Assembly (NCBI GenBank): GCA_963834895.1
Contig: CAWIDM010000003.1
Span: 909,569-973,568 of the forward strand
Source: Vulcanimicrobiota bacterium
GTDB lineage: Bacteria > Vulcanimicrobiota > Vulcanimicrobiia > Vulcanimicrobiales > Vulcanimicrobiaceae
Direction: 5' to 3'
Length of the DNA: 64,000 bases
Part shown: piece after piece, positions 49,085 through 58,760 of the stretch
Numbering within the stretch: position 1 is the stretch's first letter
Layout: each line of letters opens with the position of its first letter
Notes under the pieces: model-generated
Databases searched by the model: none
Seen by the model: the letters and a program-made list of their open reading frames with translations, nothing else
What the model was told of the DNA's origin: nothing
Translations under genes and position numbers: made by a program

Positions 49085-50548
49085 TCAGGGCGTCACTTCG
49101 TAAAGCTCGTGGTACGGGTCGAGCGTAGCGTAATCGCGCGAGCCCGGGACGCCGTCGACGTCGTGCGGGTTGACGAGGACGAAGATCCGCCGGCCTTTCG
49201 CCCATAGCCGGTAGATCGGAGTTCGCAGCCGGTCGTCGGAGACGATGACGCGCCCTGGGAGCGAATCGTCGACGTAGGCGCCGTAAGCCAGTGAGGTGGC
49301 GTCGAGCCAATCGGTGACGATCACGCTGCCGGGCGGCACGTACGGACGGACTGCGTCGATCACCCATCGCCCGCCCTCGGCCGGCCGATGATAGAAGAAC
49401 CCGCGCTGTTGCGAGAACGCCACGCCTACGCCAATCGCCAAGAAGGTAACGAGTGCGCCGTGCAACAGCGGGTCCGTGCCGCGGCCGGAGCGCGGCGTCA
49501 GCGCGCCCAGCATCGGAACCGCGAGCCAGGATACGAGCAACCGGTATCGTCCGACGTCGCTCTCATTGGGATAGACGACCGAGAAGAGCAGTCCCGCGAG
49601 GCAGGCGAAGCTCAGCACGAGCGCCGCGCGCCAATCGTGCCGCCACGCCGCCACCAGACCGCCGAAGATCAGCAACAGCGCGAAGGTGCCGTATTGAGCG
49701 TGCATCGTCGTTATGAACGTCCAGAGCGCCGCTCCCAGGTGCACCGGGTTCAGCGAGGCGAGAAAATACGCCGGCGTCTCCGTTTCGCTTCCCGTGAGCT
49801 CCAACTCGAGGCCATGCAGCGTTCGCGGGTCGTTGTAATTCCAAAAGATGCCGCCACCGGCGCCCGGCAGCACCGCCGCCGGATCGAGGTGATGTGACGC
49901 GACGTACTGCGAGCGCAGCGGGAGATAGGAGTAGATCAGCAGCCCCGCGACGACGATGGCGAGCGAGGCTGCGACGACGCGCACCCGCGGGCGAGGCTTT
50001 GCAATCGCCGCGCCGATCAAGAACGCCGGCAGAATCCAAAGCGCGTTCGGATGTGCGGCCATCCCCAAGCCGCAGAGGCCGAAGGCCGCGAGCATCCATG
50101 TGCCGCCGCCGCCGCGCATCCAGCGCAGAAACGCGTAGATCGCGACGGCCGAGCACGCCACGGCAAGATCCTGCGCCTCGGCGCGAATCGCGTGCGACCA
50201 GGCATTCTGCGAGAACGCAAACCAGAGGGTCGCGAGCAGCGCGACGGGGATGCTCGCTCCAAACTCGAGCGCAACGCCGTATGCCGCGGCGGCCGCGACG
50301 GCCATTGCGACCCCGCTCATCGCGTTCATGCGCCACGCGACCGAGCCGAACCAAATTGCGTGCGACCACACGTATCCGGCGAGCACGTAGAACGGAAAGC
50401 CGGTCGGGTGCGAGATGCCGAGAATGTACGGAACGCCTTGCAGTTCTGCGGTGTCCCACGATCCCGGTTCCGGCGAGACGCTCGCAACGTAAACCGCCGC
50501 CGGAACGGCGAAGGCCGCCAGCAGAGCGAGGAGGCGCGCCGCCTTCAC
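49085..50548 (-). CDS. DUF2723/TMEM260-like GT-C membrane protein
   Basis: Polytopic membrane protein. GSWDTAELQGVPYILGISHPTGFPFY matches the DUF2723 signature. Its GTG 50548 overlaps the tricorn stop (GTGA). Confidence 0.7.
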   Translation of the reverse strand: MKAARLLALLAAFAVPAAVYVASVSPEPGSWDTAELQGVPYILGISHPTGFPFYVLAGYVWSHAIWFGSVAWRMNAMSGVAMAVAAAAAYGVALEFGASIPVALLATLWFAFSQNAWSHAIRAEAQDLAVACSAVAIYAFLRWMRGGGGTWMLAAFGLCGLGMAAHPNALWILPAFLIGAAIAKPRPRVRVVAASLAIVVAGLLIYSYLPLRSQYVASHHLDPAAVLPGAGGGIFWNYNDPRTLHGLELELTGSETETPAYFLASLNPVHLGAALWTFITTMHAQYGTFALLLIFGGLVAAWRHDWRAALVLSFACLAGLLFSVVYPNESDVGRYRLLVSWLAVPMLGALTPRSGRGTDPLLHGALVTFLAIGVGVAFSQQRGFFYHRPAEGGRWVIDAVRPYVPPGSVIVTDWLDATSLAYGAYVDDSLPGRVIVSDDRLRTPIYRLWAKGRRIFVLVNPHDVDGVPGSRDYATLDPYHELYEVTP

Positions 50549-53500
50549 GCCAGCGTGGGCAGTGGCAGCGATGGACGCGTGGAGAGATCGGGGCGCAGCT
50601 CGACGTATCCTTCGAGCGCGCGATCCATCAGCTGCAGCGCGAGCTCGAGCTGTGGATCTTTTCCGTCGCGGTAATCGTGTGGGGCGATGTCGACGTCGTA
50701 ATCGGGATCGGTCCCGTGGTTCTCCACGCCCCACCCGACGTCGACGAACCAGAAAGAGAACTCCGGCTGCGTCGTCAGCGTCCCGTCGACGAGATGATGG
50801 TACGGCTCGATGCCGATGACCCCGCCCCAGGTACGCTTACCGACGAGCGGGCCGAGCTTGTAGAGCTTGAAGCCGTGACTGAAGATGTCGCCGTCGGAGC
50901 CCGCGAATTGATTCGTAAGCGCCACGATCGGGCCGCCGACAGACTCCGGCGGATAGGGAACCGGCGCCCCGTAGCGCGGCGCGTCGTATCCGATTCGCTT
51001 GCGCGCGAGCTTTTCGAGGAGCAGCGGCGAAACGTGCCCGCCGCGGTTGTAGCGAACGTCGACGATCAGGCCCTTGCGGTCGAATTCGCTCAGATAACCG
51101 CGATGGAACTCCGAGAAACCCCACGGGCCCATGTCGGGAATGTGCAGGTAGCCGATGCGCTCGCCGGTTCGCTCGTGCACGGCGCGTCGGTTCGTTTCGA
51201 CCCAGTCGCGATAGCGCAGCGCCGCTTCGTTCGCGAGGGCCCTAACGATTACCGTGCGCTCGTGGCCTTTCTTCTCGCGCAGCGTCACCGAGATGTTCTT
51301 TCCCGACGCGTTCACCAGCAGCTGGTCCGGCGTGACGTCGCGCGATAACCGCTTGCCGCCGATCGCGACGACGCAGTCGCCCTCGGAAACGTTGAGCCCC
51401 GGCTCGGCGAGCGGTGAATCGTGATCGCGATTCCACGAGTCGCCGCGATAGACGCGCTCGATGCAATAGCCTCCGCGTTCTTCGTCCCAGCGAAGGTCGG
51501 CGCCGAGAAAGCCGCGCTGATACTGGGGCGGCTCGCGATAGTCACCGCCGTACTCGTAGGCGTGCGACGTGCCGAGTTCGCCCTGCATCTCCCAGATGAG
51601 GTCGGAGAGCTCGCCGCGCGTACGCACCCGCGGGAGCAGCGCGGCGTAGCGGTCGTAGACGCGATCCCAGTCGATGTCGCTCATGTCCTCGACCCAGAAG
51701 TTTTCGGCCTGCAAGCGCCACGCTTCCCGATACATCTGCGCCCACTCGTCGCGCGGAACGATCTCCACGCTTGCACGATCGAGTTCGATCCATCCGCTCT
51801 TGCGCCCCGGCTCGGGCAGCGGCTTCTGCTCCTCACCCTCCTCGGGAAGATCGTTGAGCGCGTCGATCGCGCGAAGGCGCTCGCGCGAGCGGTAGATCAG
51901 TGTTCTGCCGTCGCCCCCGAGCCGAATCTCGTCGCACTCCGGAGCGATCGTCGCGAGCCGCTGCTGATCGAAATCGTACGCCAACAGCGTTCCGTGCTCG
52001 TCGTTCTCGACGTCCTCGCGGCGGCTCGGCTTGATGCCCTTGACGGGAAAGCGCGTGAAGAGCACTCGCTCGCGTACCGCGACGATCTGATCGTACTCGC
52101 CCTCGTCGACGGGAAAGCCGAGCACCCGCCCGGTGATTCCGTCGAAGTCGATATCGATGTCGGCGGGTTTGCTCGGCTTGTTGTTCGACCGCTCGTTCTC
52201 GTGACGGTCGTGATGGATCGGCTTTGGCTTGGGCACGAACGGCGACGGCACGTCGCCGCGCAGCGTCACGACGAACGGCCGGCTCGCCTGCGGAAAGCTT
52301 AGATCGAACTGCAACGCGTCGTAGACCGGATTGAAGTCCCGAGTCGAGATGAAGTAGAGGTACTTTCCGTCGGGATCCCATGCCGGCGACTTATCGGTAC
52401 GCAGCGGCGAGCTCACGTCGTGGACTTTACCCGAGCGCACCTTGACGACGCGAATGATCGAGCTGCCGTGCGCCGGCCACCAGACGTAAGCGACGAAACG
52501 GCCGTCGGGTGAAAATGCGAGATCCTGGATTCGATACGACGGGCAGGTATCGACGACGCGCACGCTGCCGTCATCGAGGTCGAGGAGGCAGAGATCGTGC
52601 CGGTGATTCGCAAAGGCGACCACGCTGCTCGTCGGCGAACAGACCATATCGGTGACGCGACCGATGTCGCCGTCGGTAACGAGCTTGGGATCTTCGGAGG
52701 CGTCCGCGCGCCGGACGGTGATCTGCTCGTACCCGTTGACGTCGGTGACGGAAACCAGGCGCTCGCCGTCGTGCAGCCATTGTGTGAGCCGCGTGCGAGC
52801 GCGGCTGCCCGTGCCGTAGCGGACTGCCGCTCCCTCGAAGAGCGGCATCGTAAATTCCTGTCCGCGCGCAACGAAGGCGATCTGCGTGCCATCGGGGCTC
52901 GGAACGAAATGTTCGAGCGATTCTGAAGCCTTTTCAAATCGTCGCGCCGTCTGCGGCATCGGTGAGTTCGTTGCGATCGCGATTCGGCGGACGCTCTCGC
53001 CGGCGACGGCGTAGCAGCCGATCTCCGCGCCGGCCGAGTAGACGATTCGCTTGCCGTCTGTCGAAGGAAAGCGTACGTAATACTCGCTCTCGTGCGTGTG
53101 GCGCGTGATGCCGCTCCCGTCGAGCGCGCACGAATAGATGTTGCCGATGCCTTCATGGTCGGCCAAGAAGAAGATACGATCGCCGATCCACATCGGCCAG
53201 GTTGGATTTCCGTCGGGAAGCGGAAGCCGCGAGAACGCTCCCGTCCCGTGCGCGTCGATCCAAATCTCTCCCGCGGTGCCGCCGCGGTACCGCTTCCAGC
53301 GTGCCGGATCGGCCGCGTTGCGTCCGATTGCGAGCCGTCCCTGCGGCCCGAACGAGAGCGCTCGCGCGTGGCCCAGCTTGAGCTCGCGAGGAGTGCCGCC
53401 TTCACGCGAGATTGCGAACAGGCGCGTTTCGCCCTCGTACCACGTCGTGGGATTGGCGACGAAGTAGATCTCGCTGCCGTCGGCGCTCCATCCGCTCGCC

Positions 53501-53769
53501 CAGAGGATCGTCGCCCCGAGATAGGTGAGGCGCTTCGGCTCGCCCCCGCGCGCGGGCATCACGTAGAGCTCCGGATTTCCCTCGTCGGTCGAGACGAACG
53601 CGATCCACGCGCCGTCGGGTGAGAATCGAGGAAACGAGCACGTGCCGAAACTGACCGTGAGACGCGTCGCGTCGCCGCCCTCGGCCGGTACGGTCCAGAG
53701 ATCGTCTTCGCAGACGTAGAGAATGCGGTCGCCTGCTATCGATGGATAGCGATAGTATCCTAGATCCAT
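50545..53769 (-). CDS. tri: Tricorn protease homolog (beta-propellers + PDZ + S41 peptidase)
   Basis: 1074 aa. N-terminus YYRYPSIAGDRILYVCEDDLWTV with repeated propeller blades. The C-terminal S41 region has GSDGDIF...GKRTWGG. Confidence 0.85.
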   Translation of the reverse strand: MDLGYYRYPSIAGDRILYVCEDDLWTVPAEGGDATRLTVSFGTCSFPRFSPDGAWIAFVSTDEGNPELYVMPARGGEPKRLTYLGATILWASGWSADGSEIYFVANPTTWYEGETRLFAISREGGTPRELKLGHARALSFGPQGRLAIGRNAADPARWKRYRGGTAGEIWIDAHGTGAFSRLPLPDGNPTWPMWIGDRIFFLADHEGIGNIYSCALDGSGITRHTHESEYYVRFPSTDGKRIVYSAGAEIGCYAVAGESVRRIAIATNSPMPQTARRFEKASESLEHFVPSPDGTQIAFVARGQEFTMPLFEGAAVRYGTGSRARTRLTQWLHDGERLVSVTDVNGYEQITVRRADASEDPKLVTDGDIGRVTDMVCSPTSSVVAFANHRHDLCLLDLDDGSVRVVDTCPSYRIQDLAFSPDGRFVAYVWWPAHGSSIIRVVKVRSGKVHDVSSPLRTDKSPAWDPDGKYLYFISTRDFNPVYDALQFDLSFPQASRPFVVTLRGDVPSPFVPKPKPIHHDRHENERSNNKPSKPADIDIDFDGITGRVLGFPVDEGEYDQIVAVRERVLFTRFPVKGIKPSRREDVENDEHGTLLAYDFDQQRLATIAPECDEIRLGGDGRTLIYRSRERLRAIDALNDLPEEGEEQKPLPEPGRKSGWIELDRASVEIVPRDEWAQMYREAWRLQAENFWVEDMSDIDWDRVYDRYAALLPRVRTRGELSDLIWEMQGELGTSHAYEYGGDYREPPQYQRGFLGADLRWDEERGGYCIERVYRGDSWNRDHDSPLAEPGLNVSEGDCVVAIGGKRLSRDVTPDQLLVNASGKNISVTLREKKGHERTVIVRALANEAALRYRDWVETNRRAVHERTGERIGYLHIPDMGPWGFSEFHRGYLSEFDRKGLIVDVRYNRGGHVSPLLLEKLARKRIGYDAPRYGAPVPYPPESVGGPIVALTNQFAGSDGDIFSHGFKLYKLGPLVGKRTWGGVIGIEPYHHLVDGTLTTQPEFSFWFVDVGWGVENHGTDPDYDVDIAPHDYRDGKDPQLELALQLMDRALEGYVELRPDLSTRPSLPLPTLA

Positions 53770-53825
53770 GACGCCTCAAACTTGGCGACCCGGCATGCGA
53801 GGTCCCGCGTTTGGGCCGCCATGAA

Positions 53826-55229
53826 TTACTGATGCGGCATGGCGCCGCCGGTCGAGTGAAGGAGCCGTCCAAGGGTCATTTCGATCTCGGCTGTATTCTG
53901 GACTTGCGTGAAGTAGGGTACGAGCGTGGGGGTGCGCGAGCGCTGCTCGAATGGCAGCATCGGGCCGCCCCAGGCGAATTGCGTCGCCGCTTGGCCCGCG
54001 AGACTGCGAAAGAAGAGTTCGGCCCCGAGCGCGTTCGCCCAGCCGAACTCGGGACGGGTGTACCGCCAGTAGCCGTCGGGATAAAAGCTCTCGTGGATGA
54101 GCCCGCTCTCCCCATCGGTCTCGGCAAGCGTCGTGATTGCGGTTGCGACTTCGATCGACGACGTCGCGGTCAGGGCGCGCCCGATGATGCCGAGCGGCCA
54201 AACGTAACCATACGGAGTATGCGGGCTGCCCAGCCCCTGCGCGTATCGCCCCGAGAAGTAGAACGGGTTGTCCATGCTGAGCGCAAAGGCGCGAGTTGCC
54301 AGATAGGTCGGATCGAAGGACGAGCACCAATCGATATACGGCAGCGTCGTGAGGTTCGGAATGTTTGCGTCGTCCATCAGGTCGTATTTGCCGAAGCCGT
54401 CGGTTTCGTAGGCGTACATCCAGACGCGGCGGCTCGCGTCGTAAAACCTTCCGTACTGCAGAATTCCCGCTTCGACGCGCTCCTCGAGCGCCTGCGCTCG
54501 ATCGGCGAGCGCGCGATCGCGGTAACCGTCGATGGCGAGCTGCACGATGTCGCGCAGCGCTACGCACGCGGCGGCGTTCTGCGGAATATTGAAGCGGTAG
54601 GCTGCCGCATCGTCGGACGGGCGGAACGCACCCCAGATCATACCGGTCGCCTCGTTGTATTCGTCGTCGGTATAGACCGTGACGGGGTACGCGTACCGAC
54701 TGCACGTGCGATGATGCTCCTCGCATGCATACGTGCGGACGACCGTCGCCAGCGCGCGGTGCAGGTCCGTCGTAAAGACCGTCGCGTCGTGGGTCGATCG
54801 CCAGTAGACCGATGCCAGGATCACCGGCCATGCGAGCGAGTCGACCTCCCACTTGCGCTCCCAAATCGTGTAATCCGATTGCAGCGCGTTCGCATACGGA
54901 TCGGTGAGAATATTTCTGGCGTTGCGTTCGATCACGCCGGCGAAGCGAGCCCGCAAGACCGGATAGGATCGTTGGAATCGAATGTACGGTATCGTCTGCG
55001 CCGAGGAATCGCGCAGCCACATCGCCGGAATGTCGCCCGATTGCACGTACGTGGTGACGTCGTCTTCGAGAAAGAAATCGTGGAAGAGGGTATGGAAGAG
55101 CGTCGCGGTTTGGATGTCGCGAACGCGCTTGCCGGTGAGCGGAACGACCAGCGTTTCGGCCGCCGCGGGCGCCGCACTTTGGTACGCGATCATGAGGACG
55201 AGCGCGAAGCTCGCGCAACGCGCAAGCAC
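53826..55229 (-). CDS. Secreted GH125-family exo-alpha-1,6-mannosidase
   Basis: Signal peptide (LARCASFALVLMIAYQSAAPAAA). GDIPAMWLRDSSAQ and GLIHESF are typical of GH125. GTG start lies 7 nt after GGAG. Confidence 0.8.
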   Translation of the reverse strand: MLARCASFALVLMIAYQSAAPAAAETLVVPLTGKRVRDIQTATLFHTLFHDFFLEDDVTTYVQSGDIPAMWLRDSSAQTIPYIRFQRSYPVLRARFAGVIERNARNILTDPYANALQSDYTIWERKWEVDSLAWPVILASVYWRSTHDATVFTTDLHRALATVVRTYACEEHHRTCSRYAYPVTVYTDDEYNEATGMIWGAFRPSDDAAAYRFNIPQNAAACVALRDIVQLAIDGYRDRALADRAQALEERVEAGILQYGRFYDASRRVWMYAYETDGFGKYDLMDDANIPNLTTLPYIDWCSSFDPTYLATRAFALSMDNPFYFSGRYAQGLGSPHTPYGYVWPLGIIGRALTATSSIEVATAITTLAETDGESGLIHESFYPDGYWRYTRPEFGWANALGAELFFRSLAGQAATQFAWGGPMLPFEQRSRTPTLVPYFTQVQNTAEIEMTLGRLLHSTGGAMPHQ

Positions 55230-55298
55230 TATGAGGCTCCTTCTTTCGCTCTAGACGTACGGGAGGTCCGCTCTCGCCGCGAGCCGCAAAGAACGCGG

Positions 55299-56219
55299 AT
55301 GGACCTTCTGCGCGAGTTCGAGCTGCGCAATCCCCGCGCGCTTGCGCGGGCGATCTCGCTTGCCGAGGCGGGCCGAGGCGGCGACCTCGTTCGCGCGCTC
55401 TATCCGAAGACCGGACGTGCGACGACGGTCGGCCTTACCGGACCGCCCGGCGTCGGCAAATCGACGCTGGCTTCCGGCCTGGTGCGCAGCGCGCGCTCGC
55501 GCGGCCAGCGCGTGGGCGTCGTATCGGTCGACCCCTCCTCGCCGTTCTCGCACGGCGCACTGCTCGGCGACCGCATCCGTCTTGCGGAGCATTTCACCGA
55601 CGAAGCCGTCTTCATTCGATCGATGGCCAGCCACGGGCATCTCGGCGGCCTCGCCGGCGCGACCGCCGATGCCGTGCTGTTGATGGATGCCTTCGGCTTC
55701 GATCTCGTGCTGATCGAAACCGTCGGCGTCGGACAGAGCGAGGTGGCGATCGCCGAGCTCGCGGAGACGACGATCGTGGCGTTGCAGCCCGGGAGCGGCG
55801 ATTCGATCCAAGTGCTCAAAGCAGGCATCATGGAGATCGCCGACATCTTCGTCGTCAACAAGAGCGACCACCCAATGGCCGATCAGTTGCGCCGAGAGAT
55901 TCGATCGATGATGGAGATGCAGCACTGGCCTCGATGGGTACCCGAACTCATCGCGACGCAAGCATTGGAGGGAAAAGGAATCGACGAGCTGGTGAGCGCG
56001 ATCGAACGCCACACGGCGTACTTGAACGAAACGGGCGAGATCGAAGGGCGGCGCCGCGACGCATTCACCCATCAAGTCCGCCAGCTCGCGCTGGGGCGCC
56101 TGGAGCAACGGCTCGATCGCGCGTTGAAAGCGCAACCGCGCGACGACCTCGACCCATACGAAGCGGCCGATCGCGTTCTCTCCGAGCTCGGTCTCTCGTC
56201 TCCGCGGACGGCACACTAG
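55299..56219 (+). CDS. meaB: Methylmalonyl-CoA mutase accessory GTPase (MeaB/ArgK)
   Basis: GPPGVGKST and VVNKSDH. Only the last 306 codons of the 802-aa track ORF are used; the remainder is antisense to the GH125 gene. Confidence 0.9.
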   Translation: MDLLREFELRNPRALARAISLAEAGRGGDLVRALYPKTGRATTVGLTGPPGVGKSTLASGLVRSARSRGQRVGVVSVDPSSPFSHGALLGDRIRLAEHFTDEAVFIRSMASHGHLGGLAGATADAVLLMDAFGFDLVLIETVGVGQSEVAIAELAETTIVALQPGSGDSIQVLKAGIMEIADIFVVNKSDHPMADQLRREIRSMMEMQHWPRWVPELIATQALEGKGIDELVSAIERHTAYLNETGEIEGRRRDAFTHQVRQLALGRLEQRLDRALKAQPRDDLDPYEAADRVLSELGLSSPRTAH

Positions 56220-56488
56220 TGTGCTGTCCCAGGAGTTCAGTGTATAAAGCTGGCCGTTTGGCGGAATGCGGGCAAGGAACGATGAGCGACAAAAGCAGCG
56301 CTTTGCGAGCGAAGAGTGACGCAGCCCGCGACCGTCAAGCGGCCAGCCCAAAGGGTCGCGGCGGCGGATGCGTACTGGCTTTGTTGCTCGTCGGTCACAG
56401 AGCTACGGCTATGCTCCCTCCTCGCGCCGCGCCAGTGCGCTCCGGCGCTCGCGACTTTATGCACCGAACTCCTGGGACGGCACACTAG
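56216..56488. mobile_element. MITE-like element E2 (273 bp, inverted relative to E1)
   Basis: CTAGTGTGCTGTCCCAGGAGTTCAGTGTATAAAG ... CTTTATGCACCGAACTCCTGGGACGGCACACTAG. It is collinear with the reverse complement of E1 throughout. Confidence 0.8.
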
Positions 56489-56537
56489 GCGCGTCTTTGG
56501 GGAGAATCTCGGGCCCGCGTCGAAAAGCTCGCCCGCT

Positions 56538-58196
56538 ATGGCCCTTCGACAGGCTCAGAACAGGCTGAAAATCATCGAGCCCCCCGCCGGCCGCTGGGCT
56601 CGCAAGGGTCCCGGCTCCGGCGCGGTGGACCGCACGATCTCCGACGTTCCTCTGCGAACGGTCTACGGACCCGACGACGTTGCGGAGCTCGATCTCCCGT
56701 GGCCCGGTGAATATCCCTACATGCGCGGGATTCATCCCAACGGCTATCGCGACCGCCTCTGGACGATGCGCCAGTTCGCCGGCTTCGGCACCGCGGCACA
56801 GACGAACGAGCGCTACCATTTTCTGCTCGAGCACGGGCAGCACGGCCTCTCCGTCGCCTTCGATATGCCGACGCTGATGGGATACGACTCCGACGCGCCC
56901 CAAGCGCGCGGTGAAGTCGGCAAGTGCGGTGTTGCGATCGACTCGCTCGCCGACATGGAGCTGCTCTTCGCCGGCATCGACATGGGCGAGATCACGACGT
57001 CGATGACGATCAACGGCCCCGCCTGCATCGCGCTCGCTCAGTACATCGCGACGGCGGAGAAAAAAGGCATTCCGCGCGCCAAGCTTGGCGGAACGATTCA
57101 GGCCGACATCCTCAAGGAGTACATCGCGCAGAAGGAGTGGATATTCCCGCCGCGTCCGCACATGCGCATCATCGTCGACATGATCCGGTTCTGCACACGC
57201 GAGATGCCGAAGTGGAATACGATCTCGATCTCCGGCTACCACATTCGCGAGGCTGGCTCGACCGCAGCCCAAGAACTCGCCTTCACGCTCGCCGACGGCT
57301 TCGCGTACGTCGAGGCCTGCATGGCGGCCGGGATGGACGTCGACGAGTTTGCCCCGCGCCTCTCGTTCTTCTTCAATTCACATATCGACTTCTTCGAGGA
57401 GATCGCTAAGTTTCGCGCGGCACGTCGAATCTACGCGCGCCATATGCGCGAGAAGTACGGCGCGCGCAATCCGCGCTCGTGGCAGCTCCGCTTCCATACG
57501 CAAACGGCGGGGTGCAGCGCGACGGCACAGCAACCCGAAAACAATATCGTGCGCGTTGCTTACGAGGCAATGGCCGCGGTGCTCGGCGGAACGCAGTCGC
57601 TGCACACCAACTCCATGGACGAAGTCCTGGCCCTGCCGACGGAGAAATCCGTCGAGATCGCATTGCGTACCCAACAGGTCCTGGCGTACGAGACGAACGT
57701 CACGAACGTCGTCGATCCGCTCGGCGGCTCCTATTTCGTCGAGGCGCTCACCGCTGAGATGGAACGCCAAGCCGAGGCCTACTTCGCGCAGATCGCCGAG
57801 TACGGCGGCGTCATCGAAGCGATCGAGTCGGGCTTCTTTCAACGCGAGATCGCGGAGGCGAGCTATCGCTACCAGCGCTCGATCGAGACGCGCGATCGCA
57901 TCATCGTGGGCGTCAACGCCTTCGCGCACGACGAGGACGAAGAGGCGATCGACCTGCTGAAGATCACCGAGGCGATGGCGCGCGAGCAGGCCGGCGCGGT
58001 GCAGAAGCTCCGCACGAACCGCGACGCGGATGCGGTCGCACGGACGCTCGAGCGGCTGCAAGCAGCTTGTCGCGATCCGAAGGATAACCTTATGCCGCAT
58101 CTGATCGATTGCGTGAATGCGTACTGCACCGAGGGCGAGATCGTCGAGGCGATGGCGGCGGTCTACGGACGGTATACGGAACGAGCGGTCCTCTGA
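56538..58196 (+). CDS. B12-dependent acyl-CoA mutase, large (catalytic) subunit, methylmalonyl-CoA mutase family
   Basis: [26 protein letters not shown] and [17 protein letters not shown]. The ATG 56538 start is tentative. Substrate specificity was not assigned. Confidence 0.85.
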   Translation: MALRQAQNRLKIIEPPAGRWARKGPGSGAVDRTISDVPLRTVYGPDDVAELDLPWPGEYPYMRGIHPNGYRDRLWTMRQFAGFGTAAQTNERYHFLLEHGQHGLSVAFDMPTLMGYDSDAPQARGEVGKCGVAIDSLADMELLFAGIDMGEITTSMTINGPACIALAQYIATAEKKGIPRAKLGGTIQADILKEYIAQKEWIFPPRPHMRIIVDMIRFCTREMPKWNTISISGYHIREAGSTAAQELAFTLADGFAYVEACMAAGMDVDEFAPRLSFFFNSHIDFFEEIAKFRAARRIYARHMREKYGARNPRSWQLRFHTQTAGCSATAQQPENNIVRVAYEAMAAVLGGTQSLHTNSMDEVLALPTEKSVEIALRTQQVLAYETNVTNVVDPLGGSYFVEALTAEMERQAEAYFAQIAEYGGVIEAIESGFFQREIAEASYRYQRSIETRDRIIVGVNAFAHDEDEEAIDLLKITEAMAREQAGAVQKLRTNRDADAVARTLERLQAACRDPKDNLMPHLIDCVNAYCTEGEIVEAMAAVYGRYTERAVL

Positions 58197-58343
58197 TGCG
58201 TCATCGACGCGGCATTCGCTGCCGCAGCGACATCGAGCTCTACCGCATGCGCCGTATCCTCAAACGCGTCGTCCGCAAGCTGGAAGAAGCGTTGCATTTA
58301 AGCCGTCGCCGGGATGGGCAGCGACTTCCTCAGGAGTTCCGTG

Positions 58344-58760
58344 ATGAACGATCGGCCGCTGCGCATCGTCATCGCTAAGGCCGGCCTCGACGGACACGAC
58401 CGCGGGGCAAAGGTCATCGCGCGCGCTCTGCGCGATGCCGGCATGGAAGTGATCTATACCGGGCTCTTCCAAACGCCCGAGCAGATCGTGCAGACCGCGA
58501 TCCAGGAGGACGCAGACGGCATCGGCCTCTCGATTCTCTCGGGAGCGCACATGACGCTCTTTCCGCTCGTCGTGGAGCAGCTGAAAAGTCAGGACGCTGG
58601 CGACATCGTCTTTTTCGGCGGCGGCACGATTCCGGCCGAAGACGCAAAGCGCCTCAAAGAGCTCGGCGTGCGCGAGATATTCACGCCGGGCGCACCGCTG
58701 CAGGAGATCATCGACTTCGTCGAGCGCGAATGCGGTAAACGGCGCGCGCTGGTAGGTTAG
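58344..58760 (+). CDS. Acyl-CoA mutase small subunit (B12-binding domain)
   Basis: DxHxxG motif GLDGHDRGAKV, and GIGLSILSGAH. AGGAG lies 8 nt upstream of ATG 58344. Confidence 0.9.
   Translation: MNDRPLRIVIAKAGLDGHDRGAKVIARALRDAGMEVIYTGLFQTPEQIVQTAIQEDADGIGLSILSGAHMTLFPLVVEQLKSQDAGDIVFFGGGTIPAEDAKRLKELGVREIFTPGAPLQEIIDFVERECGKRRALVG

Noticed and set aside
53811-56219. The 802-aa plus-strand ORF read as a single protein.
   Set aside because: Only the last 306 codons are MeaB. The rest is antisense to the GH125 gene, which has clear family motifs and a signal peptide.
45335-56488. E1 and E2 as the ends of a composite transposon carrying the glyco-operon.
   Set aside because: No transposase lies inside or nearby. 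The cargo includes meaB, which belongs with the mutase genes outside the block. No flanking direct repeats were identified.
58195-58378. A 60-codon Arg-rich ORF ([12 protein letters not shown]...) between the mutase subunits, starting in a TGATG overlap.
   Set aside because: Third-position GC is lower than in the real genes. It is highly basic and low-complexity, and it overlaps the start of the B12-binding subunit by 35 nt. It is probably not coding.
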